Assembly: GCF_009914755.1 (NCBI RefSeq)
Contig: NC_060926.1
Length of the DNA: 64,000 nt
Reading direction: 5' to 3' (one strand)
From: the human T2T-CHM13v2.0 reference genome, Homo sapiens
Part shown: positions 28,307-45,184 of the stretch, piece after piece
Layout: each line of letters opens with the position of its first letter
How positions within the stretch are numbered: position 1 is the stretch's first letter
Program-made: the position numbers and the translations under genes
The notes under the pieces: generated by a model
The model's database searches: none
The model's input: the letters and a program-made list of their open reading frames with translations, nothing else
What the model was told of the DNA's origin: nothing

Positions 28307-29692
28307 TGTGTAAGCATGAAGGCCTACTCAGAGGTACCCTGGACCTCCACCCTCTCCCTGCATCAAGGTGACAGATTCTGGCATCCCTGCTTCTGGCCCT
28401 GCATTCTTGGGGCATGGCCAGCCTTCTGTCTGTCGGTTACTGTGGTGCCCATGAAAATGTGCCACTCAGACCTGCTGCGGAGCGGATTTGACTGACAGCC
28501 CCAGCTGCTGTTTCTCTCCGTCCACCCGTGCTTTGCCTCCACAGGCTGCTTTCCACCAGCGATGGAGCGTGGGGACAGTACTGCTGCAAGTGGATCGTGG
28601 GACTCCTCCAGTAGGTGACTGTGGCTCGAGAACTCCCCAGTGGCCTGGGCAAGCCTTTCTCAGAACTGCTCTGAAGTCTGAGGCCCATCCTCCCCACTCC
28701 TCCACAGATGTCACACCTGTACTGTGGTCTGAAGGATCTCCCTGCCTTCTATCCCCTCCTTCTTTGTCCTTCACAGGCGGTTCCCCCAATATGGCTCTTA
28801 CTCATGCAATCCTGTCTTTGTGTCTGGTTCTCAGAGGACCTCCACTAACACGGTTACTCCTCACTCAGTCAGGTGCAGTGTGAGGTCCTGGGGACACTTG
28901 CTGTGAGTACCCTCAGCCAGCTCAGAGTTCTACCGAAGAGACTGACAAGTACACCTGCAGTGACAACACGTGAGTTCAGTGCTGTGAAGATGTGAGGGAG
29001 CATAGGAGGAGGGCAGCCAACTCAGCTGGGATGGGAGGTAGTCAGGGAGGACTTCCCAGGAGAGGTGACCCTGTTGCTGAAACCCCTACGAGTGAATGGA
29101 AGGAAGTCAACAACAATAATACCAAACACTTATTTAACACTTATTTTGTGCCAAGTGCTTTACATATAAGAACTCATAAAATTTCCACAACAATCCTATT
29201 ATCCCCATCTTACAGGTAGGGAAATCAAGGCATAAAGAAGTCGAATGGCTTCTCACCAGCCAGTGCTGGGCTTGGGAACTGAACCCAGGCAGTCTGGCTC
29301 TAATGCCTGTGCCCTTAACCACTCCACCTTCACTTAGGCAAGTGAAACTGGCCATGGGAACAGCCTGTACCAAGCCAGGAATGAGACAGTTTATGTAGGC
29401 TTTATCAGGGTCCAACCAAGAGATTGAAACCACACTGTAATGTGAACAGAGAGAATTTAATATAAAGGATTATTATTCTATAAGGAATATTATTACTATT
29501 ATAACAACAGAGGGTTGGAGTGATGAGGACTGGCTTGTAAGAAGTCCAGAGCCACCTGGACTCAGAGCCACCCTAGCTTTGGATTTCTTCCAGTCTCAGC
29601 CCCCTAGAGCCCTTGCTCCCCAAAGAGCCTTGCTCCCCGCTAGAGGTCAAAGGTAAGTCATAGCAATGGACCCAGACTCTTGTTATTACCCA

Positions 29693-30091
29693 TGACATGG
29701 TTTGAATCTGTGTCCCCAACCAAATCTCATGTTGAATTGTAATCCCCAGTGTTGGAGGTGGGGCCTGGTGGGAGGTGATTGGATCGTGGGGGTGGCTTCT
29801 AATGGTTTAGCACTGTCCCCCTGGTGCTGTCTCATGAGTTCTCACGAAATCTGGTTATTTAAAAGTATGTGGCACTTTCCCCTTCGCTCTCTCCTTCCTG
29901 CTCCAGTCGTGTAGGACGTGCCTGCTTCCCCTTCACCTTCCGCCATGTTTGTAAGTTTCCCGAGGCCTCCCCAGAAGCCGTCATGCTTCCTGTACAGCCT
30001 GTGGAACCATGAGCCAGTTAAACCTCTTTTATTTATAAATTTACCCAGTCTCAGGTAGTTCTTTATAACAATGCGAGAATGAACTAATACA
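29693..30091 (+). mobile_element. MST-family MaLR solo LTR
   Basis: TGACATGGTTTGAATCTGTGTCCCC...GAACTAATACA; 5-bp TSD ACCCA/GCCCA. Confidence 0.9.
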
Positions 30092-32232
30092 GCCCACCCC
30101 TACCCCATACCTCTCCTACCCTCTCCCCAGCAGGCTGTGAGGACAGGGTGCTCATGCCAAACCCTGAAAGCATTACAAAGGCTGCAGGGCCTAAGCTGGG
30201 GCCTGGGCCTGAGGAGCAAACTGAGGAGCAGAGCCCACGTGGAGAGAGGGAGGGAGCCGGCGTCCACATGCCACACGGACGGCAGTGTCACTGCTCTATC
30301 ATCACATCCTGCGTGTTTATAGACTTCATTGTCATCATCAAATGAGACCTGCCAGAGTCTTAACCCCTTGACGCTGGCTCGCTAGTTAAGCGCAGACAGC
30401 TCACAGCCTGGCTGGAATTATGCTCGCTTTTACCCATCCGCATCAGGTGGACACTTTCAGCTCACTGGCTTGGTTTTCCAAGACCTGAAATCAATGTCAG
30501 TGTTGAATTTTCCCTAATTTTATCCACTTGTGAAAGACCAAAGTCCTAGCCCTTTTCCCCCACAGCAGGGACACCCTCACTTTCCCAGGTCCCTGGGCTG
30601 GTCCACTTCAGGGTTAAGCACAGCAGATTGGGAAGGCCCTTCTGGTTCCATAGCTGTGAGCAGCTCTGCAGGCCTGAAGCATGCATGTCTTTGTTGATTT
30701 TCTGAGGCAGGAAGGATCTGGAATCAGAGTCCTGGAAGCCTGGAGTCCACTGAGGTGCCCTTGCCGGGGGGCAAATCTGTGGGCGCCTCTCCAGGCAGCC
30801 TCTGGCCTCAGAGCCAGACCACCCGGGCTAAGATCCCGGCTCTGCAACTCACTGCTGTGGGCACGTTCCTGAGCTTCTCCGTGCCTCAGCTTCCCTCATA
30901 TGTAAATGGGAATAATGACAGTGCCCAGCCCCTGGGGTTGGTTTGAGTGAATATTTTTAAAGCACCTTGGACAGTGCCTGGCACAGAGTTAAAGCCTGAG
31001 GAAACGGAGCATAGTTTCCATTCACCAGTCATTGCCCAAGGTGCAGTTGTCAAGCAGTGACTGAATTAGAGCTGGCCCAGGGTGATACTTTTGGAGATGT
31101 CTCAGGTGGCAGGGAGGTGAGTCAGGGTTGGCAGCACTGCCTCACACAACATTCTCAAGCACCCAGTACGGTTTTATTGATGTTGCTGACGCCCCTGCCA
31201 GCTGGGACCTCTGTAAGGGGCAGCAGTGGGCCACATCCACCTCTTCTTCCCAGTACTGGACCATGTCGCTGTTCAGGAAGTGTTTGCTGGACACATGACC
31301 TGTGTGAGAGAAGGGAAGGGAGTGTGGCGTGTGGGGAGGCCCCAGAGGTCCTGACGTGTCAAGGTCAGTTCAGCACACACTTCTCTGGGGGCCACATGGG
31401 AGAGGCTGCTGCGGCAAGGCCTGCAGACCCCAGTCTTGTCCCCTCTGGATTAGGCTCCTCTGAAAGGTCCCCATCACCTGGTGACATTGCTGTGGCAGCA
31501 GCTGGAGGCTGCCCTCAGCCACCGATCCCCAGGTCCGGAGCCACGTGCCCACGTCCTGACACCTGATTGTCCTGTGCTGGTCCCTGCAGATGGCCCAGCC
31601 TCGCAGTCTGGACTCCACCCCTGCAGAGGAAGCACAACCGATGTCACAGGTGCAAAGACCACTCGGGAGCTGGGCCACAGCTTCCCATCCTGTCCCGTCA
31701 GTGCCTCCCTCTCCTAAGCCTGGAGACCCTTCACTTCCTCTACCTCCTAACAACTCCTGTTGGAGCCATTTTGAATGCAGCCCTAAGGCTTTCCTTGTCA
31801 GCCAAATGGGTGTCAGAAGCCATCTGTGCCTGAGCTGGTGGCAGCTGGTGGGAAAATGCTTGCATCCATATGAATCGATTTTGTTTTGCCTCCTAAGATC
31901 TTCAGTTGAGCAAGAGGAGATTTGCTGAATTTTTCAGAGGTTGCATTAACCTGGGGAAGGCGGAACTGACAGCCCAGCAAAGGGCAGGAGGAAGAAAGCC
32001 TGGACACAGCTAGAGAGATCCAGCCAGCGTGAAGGCCTGTGGCCCGAGGAGGGAGCCGTGAGGTGTAGCCCAGGCCATGTCCCCAGGCGAACAGCAGCTC
32101 CCACCAACCCCTGACGAGGTCGGCGCTGGGGTGGCCCTCCACAGAGGTGGCAGAGTTGGCTTTTGGTGCCTCACCTGAGGTGAAGCTTCCCTTTGGCCTG
32201 TTCTGCCCAGCTCCATGCTGGAACTTCTTTCA

Positions 32233-32796
<564 letters not shown>

Positions 32797-33419
32797 TCAC
32801 AGGTCAAGGCCGTGGCCGCAGTGAGGAGGTAGGGGCCACAGCAGCACCCTTTTGTGGAGCAGCAAAGCCCCCCTGGAGACCCTGGGGTGCCCCACCCTGT
32901 AGTAGGGTGCTTTTGGGGAGTGGGTTTGACGCAGTAGCACACAGGGCACCCAGGAGCCCTGAATGGGCATCTCAGTCATGCGGTCACTGTTCTGTCCTTG
33001 TATGACAGAGCTGGCCAGAGGCCTCATTGCTAAAGATCGGTCTCTCCTAAAACTTCCTCCGAGAGGAAGATGCGGAGTGAAGTTGGGTCAGGTTTTGGAG
33101 AAGGAGCGTCTGCACCACCTGGCCCTTGTTAAATGCAGTCTCAGGCTGGCCTGGGAGCCACTCAGACCGTCCACAGGCAAGATCCAGAGGCTGCTGTCTG
33201 CACAAGCTTCTCTCTGAGCTGACCCGTGTGTGTCCTAGAGGTCAAGATTCACTACTTTTAGGGAAGCCAACACTGAGGCTGACATTCTCTAAATACCTGG
33301 GGGCAGAGCCTCTCAAGCCCATGCAGCCTGAGGAAAAAGGCCTCAGCCACACCTGAAGCAAAGGGCTCCTGTGGGTGCCACGTGACCCACCCACATGACC
33401 GCTGCCCACCAGCTGCAGT

Positions 33420-34375
33420 CACAGAAGACACACATACACATCACACATATCACACACAAACATACCACATACACATCACACCACACACATCACATGCCAC
33501 AAACACAACACACAAACATACCACATACACCACACATCACATACACATCACACATGCCACACACATCACACAAGCCACACACACACACGACACACAAACA
33601 CATACCACATACACATTACACATACCACACACATCACACATACCGTACACAAACACACCACACAACATACCACACACACAGCACACAAACACATACTGCA
33701 TACACATACCACATAACCACATATGCACAACATATATCACATACACATCACACATACCACACACATCACACATACCATACACACAACACAAACATACCAC
33801 ACACATGCAACATGGCATACACACATAAAACACAAACACCACACATGCAACATACTGTACACACAACACAAACACCACAGAAACACAACATACCCCACAC
33901 ACAGACAACACACAAACACACCACACACATCACACATACCCCACACACAACACACAAACACACCACACACATGCAACATACCACACACAAACACATACCA
34001 CATACACCACACACCACATACGCATACACATTACACATACCACACATATGACACATACCACACACATCACGCACATGCAACATACACAACATACACACCA
34101 CACACATGGCACACACAAACACATACCACATGCACCACATGCCACGCACATTGCACGTACCACACACATGCAACGTGCCACACAACACACAAACACACCA
34201 CACACAACATACCATGCACACACAACACAAACACATACCACATACATATCACACTTACCACACATGTGCAACATACTACACCTGTGTGGTATACCACACA
34301 CACACACACACACACTATACCTCCACACACACCACTCACCTCACCTCACACACACACACCCACACACACACACCC
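33420..34375. repeat. ~950-bp cryptic CA-rich simple repeat
   Basis: Almost only C/A with scattered T and few G; recurring CACACATCACACATACC, CACAACACAAACA, CACATGCAACATA. Confidence 0.95.
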
Positions 34376-37290
34376 CTCAGGCAGCATTTGGAAGTCCAGC
34401 CTAAATAAGGGTGATGTTAACTCACTGCCCCCACCAGATTCTCAGCATATCTGAAGCAGAGGTGTGGGGAGAGTGGGTCAGCTCTTAGTAGGGCCTTAGG
34501 GCCCCTCAGAGACAGCAGGGCTGGAGTTTAGTGCAGGAGCGGGCTCTGCCCTGGACCCTGTGTGTGCAACAGTGCTGTTGGCCGGGCACTGTCCCCATCC
34601 TCCTCCTGGCCCCTTTGAAGGTAGGTGTGGCCACATGACTGCTCTGGCCGGTGGATTTCATATGCGCAGGGTCACTTCCCCGCGAAAGCATTTGAGAGCC
34701 AAGGTGCCCTTCTCTGTCGTACACGCCCCTGATGGGGCCCCAGACCTTGGGCCCCCGGTGAGGGTGGCGGGGAGCAGAGCCCACTGCATCATGTGCTTGT
34801 GTCAGGGCAATAAATAAGCCTCTGTACTTTTAAGGCCCAGATTTGGGAGTTGCTACCACAGCATCACCTACCCCAGCCTGCTTATATGCCACACTTAGGA
34901 GCCAAACCACCACAAGGGCTCACTCACTCTATTTGGACAATTCATGTCATTTGGGCACTAAGCTAGAAGGACGTGTGGAGTGGCTCATTAAGCAGAGGTG
35001 AGAATTCTGCTCCTGGGAGGCAGCGCTGCAAATTTTTAATGCTTGGGTCTTTACAGCTCAGTGTCAGCGGATACGGCAAAGCCCTTCTGAAAAACAAACA
35101 TCGGGCAATGATTGTGCAACACAGCTGCTAAAAATCCTTCATTTCTGGGTAGGAAAGAGTCTCTCTGTGTCCTTTCCATTGAAAGAGCATAAGCTCAACG
35201 AAGGTGACAGCCCCGGAATGTGGACAAATGGGACTGGGAAAACGCCATGTCTTCATTCTCTATCCCTCCCCCACCTTTCACACCCAGCCCTTTGAAAAGC
35301 AGAAAGCAATGCACAGATGTAAGGAGCTGTTTTCATTCTTGTGGTTACGAGCCCTCCCCTCTGTTCCCATGGCAGCCTGGCACACTCTGCCATGCACTTT
35401 TCACACTGCATTTTGTCTGCTTCCTTGTCTGTCTCTCCCAACTGGGCTGTGAATGTCTCACAGGCAGGGCCTGGCCTTCCTTCTTGCATCCTGGGCACCT
35501 GGCTGGGCACCTGGTCCGCTGGAGTGCTCAGTGACTGGTGAGTGGGTGGGGGATATGGGAGATGGAGCAAGGGCAGAGAGGTGGGGAGGAAGCGCCATGG
35601 AGGGAGGCCTGCGGGCTGAGAATCCAACCCAAAAGCATTTTGTGAGCACCCGCTATGTACAAGCCACAGCGCAAGGCTCTGGGGAAAAGTCCAGATTTGT
35701 AAGACATATTTATCAGTTTGTAAACACTCTCATATATGTTATTTTTTTGAACTTCACAGCACCCTGGGGTGGTAAATTGTACACAGTTGATCCTCTTTTG
35801 AGAGTGGATTTACAGAGTTGATGTGGTGTATAGCACAAATGGCAGTGGCCTTGACCGTGCATCTTGCTTTGAGTCCTGGCATTGCCCCCATCCAGCTGTG
35901 TGGCCTTGGGAAGCCTCAGCAGCAAAAGAAGGGGACTGGCTCTGCAGGGGCCCACTGCAAGCATGGCCCAGCCTGGCCTGAAACCTAGGACTGTTTGATT
36001 TACCCAACAAAAGGTGTGCAGCTGCCCTGAGTCTGTGGGCAAGCTCAGACCTCAGGGGTGAGCCACACTAGGGAGAGGCGCAAGGGGCTGTGACCATCTC
36101 ATCTCTGTGGCTGCAGACCATCCTACAGGGCCTGGCCCAGGAGGCATGCAGTGAATTAATGCATGAGTGAGGTATAGGCAGCCTGAATGGGGACAGTGTT
36201 CAGAAATCCCAGCTGTTCAAAAGCATGAGGGCAGAGCTCAGTCCTCAGGGATTAAACTAGAACCAAGGGAAGAGTGTAGCTGGGTGGCAGCTGTTGAGGT
36301 CATTATTGAGGGTACTGTAAACCCCAGTAGGACTAGACCTGGGGAGAAGGTCTGTTGCTGGTATTATCATTTGTCACGGACCTCATGGTGACCACGGTGT
36401 GGGGGCAGTGCTTCACACAAACCTGCCACATCCCTACCACCAACCCTTCATTTATTAGCACACATTTATTGAACATCTGATATGTGCCAGGCTCTGTTCT
36501 GGGCCCTAGAGAAATCACAATGGATAAAAATGCCTGCTCTTATATTCTAGTGAGAGGCACAGCCAATAAACAAGGAATAAGTCATTATAGAGCATCCAGG
36601 ATGATAAGCAGGGCAGCAGTGGGACAAGGGATGGGAAGGGCTGGGTATAGGGGGCAGATGCATTTCTCAACAGTGTGGCCAAGGACAGCCTACACTGAGA
36701 AGGTGACGATGGAGCAAAGAGGAAGTGAACCAAGTGGAAATCCGGGGAAAGAGCATTCCAGGCAGAGGGGAGACAAGGGCAGAGGCCCTGAGGCAGGAGC
36801 GGGCCTGGCACATTTGAAGTTGGAGCAGGGAGGTCGGGGAGGCAGGGAGAAGTGGAAATGACGTTGGGGAGGTGGGGGAAGGGGCCAGATTGTATAGGGT
36901 CTTGTGAAGGATGGACAGGAGTTTTCCCCACCTGTGTCTGGAAGCTTTTGTTCTAGCTTCACTCTGTTGTTGAAATCCATTGTCTCTCCAGCTACTCCGG
37001 TCTCTGAGGGAAGCACCCTGCCCTGGGGAAATTCTCACATGGCCAGACACAGACCTGGCTGACCAGCTGCAGGCTGGTGCTGACAGTTCCAGCACACCTT
37101 GGCTTCCTCAAGAGATCCAAAGGTACAGTTCCCAGAGGTGCTGGTCACACTCAACTTGCCTTGAATTGAACCACAACAAAACACGGAACCAAACTCCTAA
37201 ACAGGACTGCAGGGTCAGGGTCTGCCTCCACTTCCCGTCTCCACATGTGCCTGCTTTAGGGATCCAGCTCTGTAGAAGTACAGGCTATTT

Positions 37291-37572
<282 letters not shown>

Positions 37573-37769
37573 CGAAGTCCAGGCTATTCTTTCTTACCTC
37601 CAGATATTTGCACATGTTGTTCCCTCTGCCTAAAGCACTGCAGGCCCCCCTTCCCAGAAAACTACTCGATTCCTCACCCCTCCCCTCTGTCTGTGCTGTC
37701 GTGGCTCCCTCAGCTTCCTCTCTCTCTCTCACTCTGGATTCCTTGCTTTCTGTCTCCCTCCTCTTCACA

Positions 37770-38466
37770 GCAACCTCGCTGAGGGCTTCCCCTCCACCCT
37801 CTGAAGGTTCACTGAAATGAACCGATACTAGACAGATTAAAGGCATGCAAATGTATGAATGTGCAAGTATGCACAGGAGCCATACAAAATATGAGGCTCA
37901 AAGAAGGGCCAGATGGCTGGAGCTTAAATAGCACCCTCTTCATAGGGGAGAGGGAGGTGGGGGAACATAGGCAATTTTGAGGCATAATAAATTATTTTTA
38001 GGGGAAATGAATGAGCCTAAAAAGCAGACAATAGCCTGGGATGAAGTTCCTCTGAGCTCCAGGGGAGGCAATGCCAACTTGCAGGAAGGTGAGGGCAGAA
38101 CTTCACGGTGAACAAAGGTTGCCTTATTTTGCAGGCAAAGTCTCCCCGGTAATCTCTTGGAGTGGCCCTCAGAAGAACAGATGAAAAGTCTGCCTGGGTG
38201 TGGTAGCAACTTTTATTCTTTTCTCTTCTCCCGTGGTTAATCTTTCCGCTTATTTGATGAGATTCCTAGGAAGGGGGTCAAAGTGTTCCTTCTGGAGGGA
38301 ACTTCAGAGAGATCCCCTCCCTGCACAGTTGGGGGAAGAAACAAGAGAAGGCTAGAAAGTCTTTGGTTCTGAGACCACTTCTAAGGCCTTCCAACTTCCT
38401 TTCATTTAAAAGTGCTCAGCACACCGAAGCACCATACTTTGAGGTATAATTTTCTGAGCCCCAGCA
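37770..38466 (-). mobile_element. MER39/MER34-group ERV1 solo LTR
   Basis: Reverse strand begins TGCTGGGGCTCAGAAAATTATACCTCAAAGTATGGTGCTT. Confidence 0.75.
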
Positions 38467-38713
38467 GCTTGCACACAGGTGCCAAGACATCCTGGCTGAA
38501 CAACAGGAGGTAAGGAAGCAAGTTATTGGCTCACTGGTTCTAATGACCAAACTTCAGGGTGAAGAGGAACCTAGGATGGAAGTGAAACAGCAGATGGGGG
38601 TCTTCTCCTAAGTGGCTTGAGATGATCTGTGAAAATGGTTCGCTATTCATTTGACCCAGAAAACCCTACTAAATCTTGCAAATCAAGGTGTTTCCATCTT
38701 TGTGTTCACTTTA

Positions 38714-39789
<1,076 letters not shown>

Positions 39790-41621
39790 GTGCCATTCTG
39801 ATGTTACAATGGGGGAGTTGGTAGTGCCCAGGCCAAGAAGTGAGGCTGGACACAAGGTCAGTGGTCCAAAAAGAGTGCTGAGTTTTTGTTGCACTAGCTT
39901 AAAAATGCAGAGAGCAATGCTGAACTTAAGGGTTTAGATGTAGATTCTTTGGTCATTGAGCACATCCAGGTGAATAAAGCACGTAAAATGCCCCTCCAGA
40001 CTTAGAGAGCTCATGGTTGATTAACCCACACATGAGCTCTCCCTGCCACATCGAGATCATCCTTACTGAAAAGGAACAAATTGTTCCTAAACCAGAAGAG
40101 GAGGTTGCCCAGAAGAAAAAGTTAGCGCAGAAGAAACTAAAGAAACAAAAACGTATGGCTCTGGAATAAATTCAGCATAAAATAAATGCAATTAAAAGGA
40201 AACAGAAAGAAAGAAGGAACAGGAAACAGGAATGGGAACAAGAGGTGGGTGTACTTGGGGTATGGATCGTGGGAGGGAACAAGCAGGAAGCTGGGTGCCA
40301 TGGGAATCTGCAGGCCAGTGACTTTCAAGGTGAGGCCAGTATCATTGTTTCTTTCAGTTTACTCTTGTTGGGAGCCTGAGAGTTCCCGTGGCATTGTCCT
40401 TGGCTTTCCGGGACATTTAAAGCAACGGTCAACTCGAGCTTGTCCACATGGAGAGAATGCCCCATCTCCATACGCCAAACAGGTACTGTGTTAGGTCTTC
40501 TGATATATATTCTCCTTTAATCCTCACAACACTGCAATGGGGAGATTGTCTGCTTTGCAGATGAGAAAAATGAGACTTATGGAAAGGTTAAGGGTTAAGA
40601 ACTTACCCACAGTTGCACCCACCATCGGGCCATGTTTCAAAAGGCAGCATCAACTGCAAAGGCCATGATCTTTTCTCTTTACTTCTGCCTCCCAGATTCA
40701 ATGACAAGACCTGGCCTATGGTAAAATGGAAACACCATTTTGTAGGTCTCCTGGCTCCTAGGCAAGTGTCACTTCACTAAAGGCAGTTTTTCCTGCAGAT
40801 TTCTGTCCTAGGAGATCCACATGGCTTTGTTTTTCTCTGCAGCTGTCCCGGCCTCTTTCATGAATAGGTAACCTTGCTTTTTCTGGCTGTTTTGAGATCT
40901 TTACATGCATGCATTTGCAATTCCCTCAGGCCAGGCCTGTGCTGGCAACCGCGATCACAGGGAGGACGCTGTCCCTAAAAGGCTCACAGCCTTCTCTTCT
41001 CTGATTCGCCACAGGTCTGACTGATCCTGGGGACAAGAGAGCCAAGGACAGAGCTGGAGGCAGGAGGGCAGGAATGTGTGGTGACCTGGTAGTTCTGAAA
41101 CAGCAGGTTATTCCTCCCCCATCCCTCCCACCTCCTTTTCCCTTTATTCCTTTTTTCTCCCTATTTAAGGTGCTGTGTCCTTTGCCCCAGGGAAGAGGTA
41201 TGAGAGCAGAAAGCAGAAAAAAGGAGTTGCTTCCTGGCTTTTGTTTTCCAAGCCTTCCTAGAGCCATAGGGGAACAGAAAGTTACTTGGGCTTGGACAAA
41301 AGATCTAGGAGAAAACAACAGGAGCAAAAGAGAGGAAGTTGAGCCAGGCTAAGGTTCCTGGGGCTGGGTGAAGGGAAAAAGGTGAAAAGCGGGTTCTGGG
41401 TCCTGCCTCCTAACTGAGGCCCTGGGAGGTGGCAGGACCGCGAGTGGGTTGAGGGGATTGAGAGCAGAGGGAGCCTGGCCCTCATTTCCCTAGGGGGTCG
41501 GGGGAGCCCAGTTGGGGGTGGGGTGCGGAGAGCTGAATAGAGCTCTCCTTACCTGTTCTTTCAGAAAGTCCGGTGTCCCAGCGCAGTGACAAGGCCACAG
41601 AGGGGTTCCAGTGAATCCCAG

Positions 41622-42324
41622 TGTAACCGCCCAATGGGTTCACCTTGCTGGCTGCCTAGACAGAGCCTGTTTATCAAGACAGGAGAACTGCAATGGAGAA
41701 AGAGGAATTCACACAGAGCCAGCTGGGCGGGAGACCGGGAGTTTTATTATTACTGAAGTCAGTCTCTATTATTACTAAAATCAGAGTTTTTAAAGATAAT
41801 TTGGCAGATAGGAAGGCTTGGGAAGTGGGGAGTGCTGAGTGGTCAGATTGGAGAGGGAATCAGAGAGGATCAAAGTGAGCTTTTCTTGCTGTCTTCTGTT
41901 CCTGGGTGGGACAGCAGAACAGGTTGAGTCAGATTACCGGTCTAGTTTCTCAGCTGATCCATCCAGTGCAGGGTCTGCAGAATATCTCAAGCACGGATCT
42001 TAGGTTTTACAGTAGTGATGTTATCCTCAGGAGCAATTTGGGGAAGTTCAGACTCTTGGAGCCGGAGGCTGCATGACCCCTAAACTGTAATTTCTAATCT
42101 TGTAGCTAATTTGTTAGTCCTGCAAAGCCAGGCTGGTCCCCAGGCAAGAACTGATTTTGTTTCATAGCCAAACCATGAACTGAATTCCTTCCCAAAGTTA
42201 GTTTGGCCTATGCCCAGGAATGAACAAGGACAGCTTAAATGTTAGAAGCAAGATGGAGTCGGTTAGGTCTGATTTCTTTCACTGTCATCATTTCCTCAGT
42301 TATAATATTGCAAAGGCAGTTTCA
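41622..42324 (-). mobile_element. LTR8-family ERV1 solo LTR
   Basis: TGTAACCGCCCAATGGGTTCACC...TTGCAAAGGCAGTTTCA; 4-bp TSD CCAG/CCAA. Confidence 0.88.
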
Positions 42325-44328
42325 CCAATGTAACAAGTGAAGGGGTCCCACCATCAGGAATGTGGGGCCTCTCATGGGGACTCCTTGGCTGCTGGCTGCT
42401 GGCTGCTGGCTGCTGCCCAGGAACATCTCAGCAGTGAGTGAGATGGTGCTTATGAGGACAGATGACAAAGAGGATTGGTGGCTCCTATGTCTTGGCACTA
42501 CATAAGAGTTCCTTTGTTCACCCACCTTGCTCTAGGACATAATCCCAGGGAAAGGGCAGGAGAGAACCCTGAAATGACTAAAATTAAGTTACTACCACTT
42601 TTTGATGGAATTGGAGTTCAAAATAAAAATGTAAAAATTAATGCAAAATAAAGTTACTTTTCTTATTCACCTGAGTCAGAGACAAGCAAAAATGCCATGG
42701 GATCAGGGGAAAAGGGCATAAAGATTGCACTGGGTGGTTGGGGAGTGTGATTGCAGAAGGCTTCCTGGAGGAGGTGAGGCTGAATTGAACATTTTAAGGT
42801 TCTTGATATGTATGCCGATTTAAATTTCCAATAGTGTCAGACCTCCTGCTCTAACCAAAACAGTCCTCTATCCCAGGGATGTCATCCCTTGGATGCTCAA
42901 AGCCCTGTGGGAACTTCTCAGGGGGCTGGTACCAGAGCCTGGGTGCATACTATCCTCAGAGTGGCCAATTCCTGTGACCGGGCAGGAGCCCGCTGGGCAC
43001 TGTTTCCCGCAGATGCCCTATCTGGCCAGCAGGGGGAGCAAGCTCACTGTGGCCCAGGGCATGGCCGGCTCAGCAGGAGCCCCCGGGAGAAGGGCCGGTG
43101 GAAGCCCAGAGAGCTAGGAGCGCCTCCTCGCTTTACTAGCCTGCTAGGGAGTGGCACCTTTGTCACCGTTAGACTTTTATCCCTCAGCCCTCAGCCCTGG
43201 GCCCAGCCCTGCATTTTCCTCTAGAACAGTTCTTTTGGGTGCTACTCCTGACTTGTAACTGGACAAAGAAAGTAGGAGTTGATGGCACATCATGGTTTCC
43301 AGGGACCTCTTGGGACAGCTGGGAGCGAGGCTGGGCCTCTGGGGTTTCTCGCCTGAACTCTCCAAGCCTGTGGCCTGTGGAGAGGCCCCATCCACTGAGT
43401 CATGTAAAATGGCAGATGTTGACAAATAATTATGGGCAAAGATGCCCATCACACTCATTGAGCAGGGGCCATTCCAAATGTCCCTTCATACTACTACTGA
43501 TAATAACTTGTAGTCCCACCGTATGATGAAATGTCATTTAGCAGTTAAAAACCCTGGCGTCCAGGGATATTTAATGACATGGGATAGTGCTCACATATAA
43601 TGTGGATGTTTTTCTCCATTCATTCTTCCAGAATCATGCTCTGCCCTGCCCCGCACCCCAGGAGGTTGGTCCCATGCTCCGGATCACCCCGACTCCCTTC
43701 CCCTCTGGCTCCAAGCTGGATTCAGCCCACAGGAGACACCAGCAGAAGATGGAAGGCTGGGAGGAGAGGCTGGGATCTGTCTCCTCCACTCTCTGCCTGT
43801 CTCAGGGCCTCCAGGACTGCAGCTTCCACTGGGCAGCCTCCCCTTGATCCTAAGGGTGGTAACAGCTTCCTGCTATTGCCAGCTGCTGGGTGCCTCAACA
43901 TCCTTTGTTGGTTTCCTTAAACTTGTCCACATCTCTGTAAATCATCCTTTACTAAATAGCCCTTCATCTGAAGCATCAGTATGAATGCCATTCCTGCCAG
44001 GACTCTGACCAATGCACATGGTAAGTGAAAAGAGAAAAATACAGAACTTTGTATTTAAAAAAAGGCAGATACTTTATCTGTATTATTTCACTAAACCCTC
44101 ACAGCAATGCAGTGGAATGCAGCCGAAAGGAGTGTTGACACCAGATTCAAATTTAGAAAGCATTTGAAAGCATGGTCTAATAATGTCTCCATGGAAGAGG
44201 AAGAACATGCTGACAAAGGAAGTGAAGAAGGTACTCTAGACATTTATTCCATTTAGAAGCTGCCATAAGTTACTACCAGATTGTATTTTTTTAATGCATA
44301 ATATTTTAACTCTTAAGAATGTACTTCT

Positions 44329-44719
<391 letters not shown>

Positions 44720-45184
44720 TCAGATGACCTGGTTTTTCCCTAAGCCAAAAACCCAGCTTAGAATGGGAGGAGCTGACTTAATTTCTCAGAATCTCAGCTC
44801 TACCACTGTGTGACCTCAGTGTTATAAATCTGTAAAATGGTTATATTAATCCATGCCTTATGAGTCATTGTGTTGATTGATAGAGTCAACATATGGAAAG
44901 CATCTGGTTCTGTGCCCAGGTCCTGTGGGAACTCAGTATAATTTGAATTCCCCTTCCTGTCCCTTCAACCACATCTGGAAGGGAAAGTTGTGGCTCTGGC
45001 TAAAACTGAAAAAAGGAGTGTGAGACAAAAGCCTCATTTGGTGACCTAGTTCCTGGCACGTATTAGTGGCTCTTTTTAAGCAGCTGACAAATGGATGAAT
45101 GAACAAATGAATGCTCTGCCCAGATCTCCCCTCCCCAGGCCAGGTCCCAGGCTGACTTTTCAAAGCCTTCTTGTACCAAAGCAT

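Noticed and set aside
33382-34454. Long His/Thr-rich and Cys/Val-rich ORFs
   Set aside because: Stop-poor simple repeat read in several frames; no coding evidence
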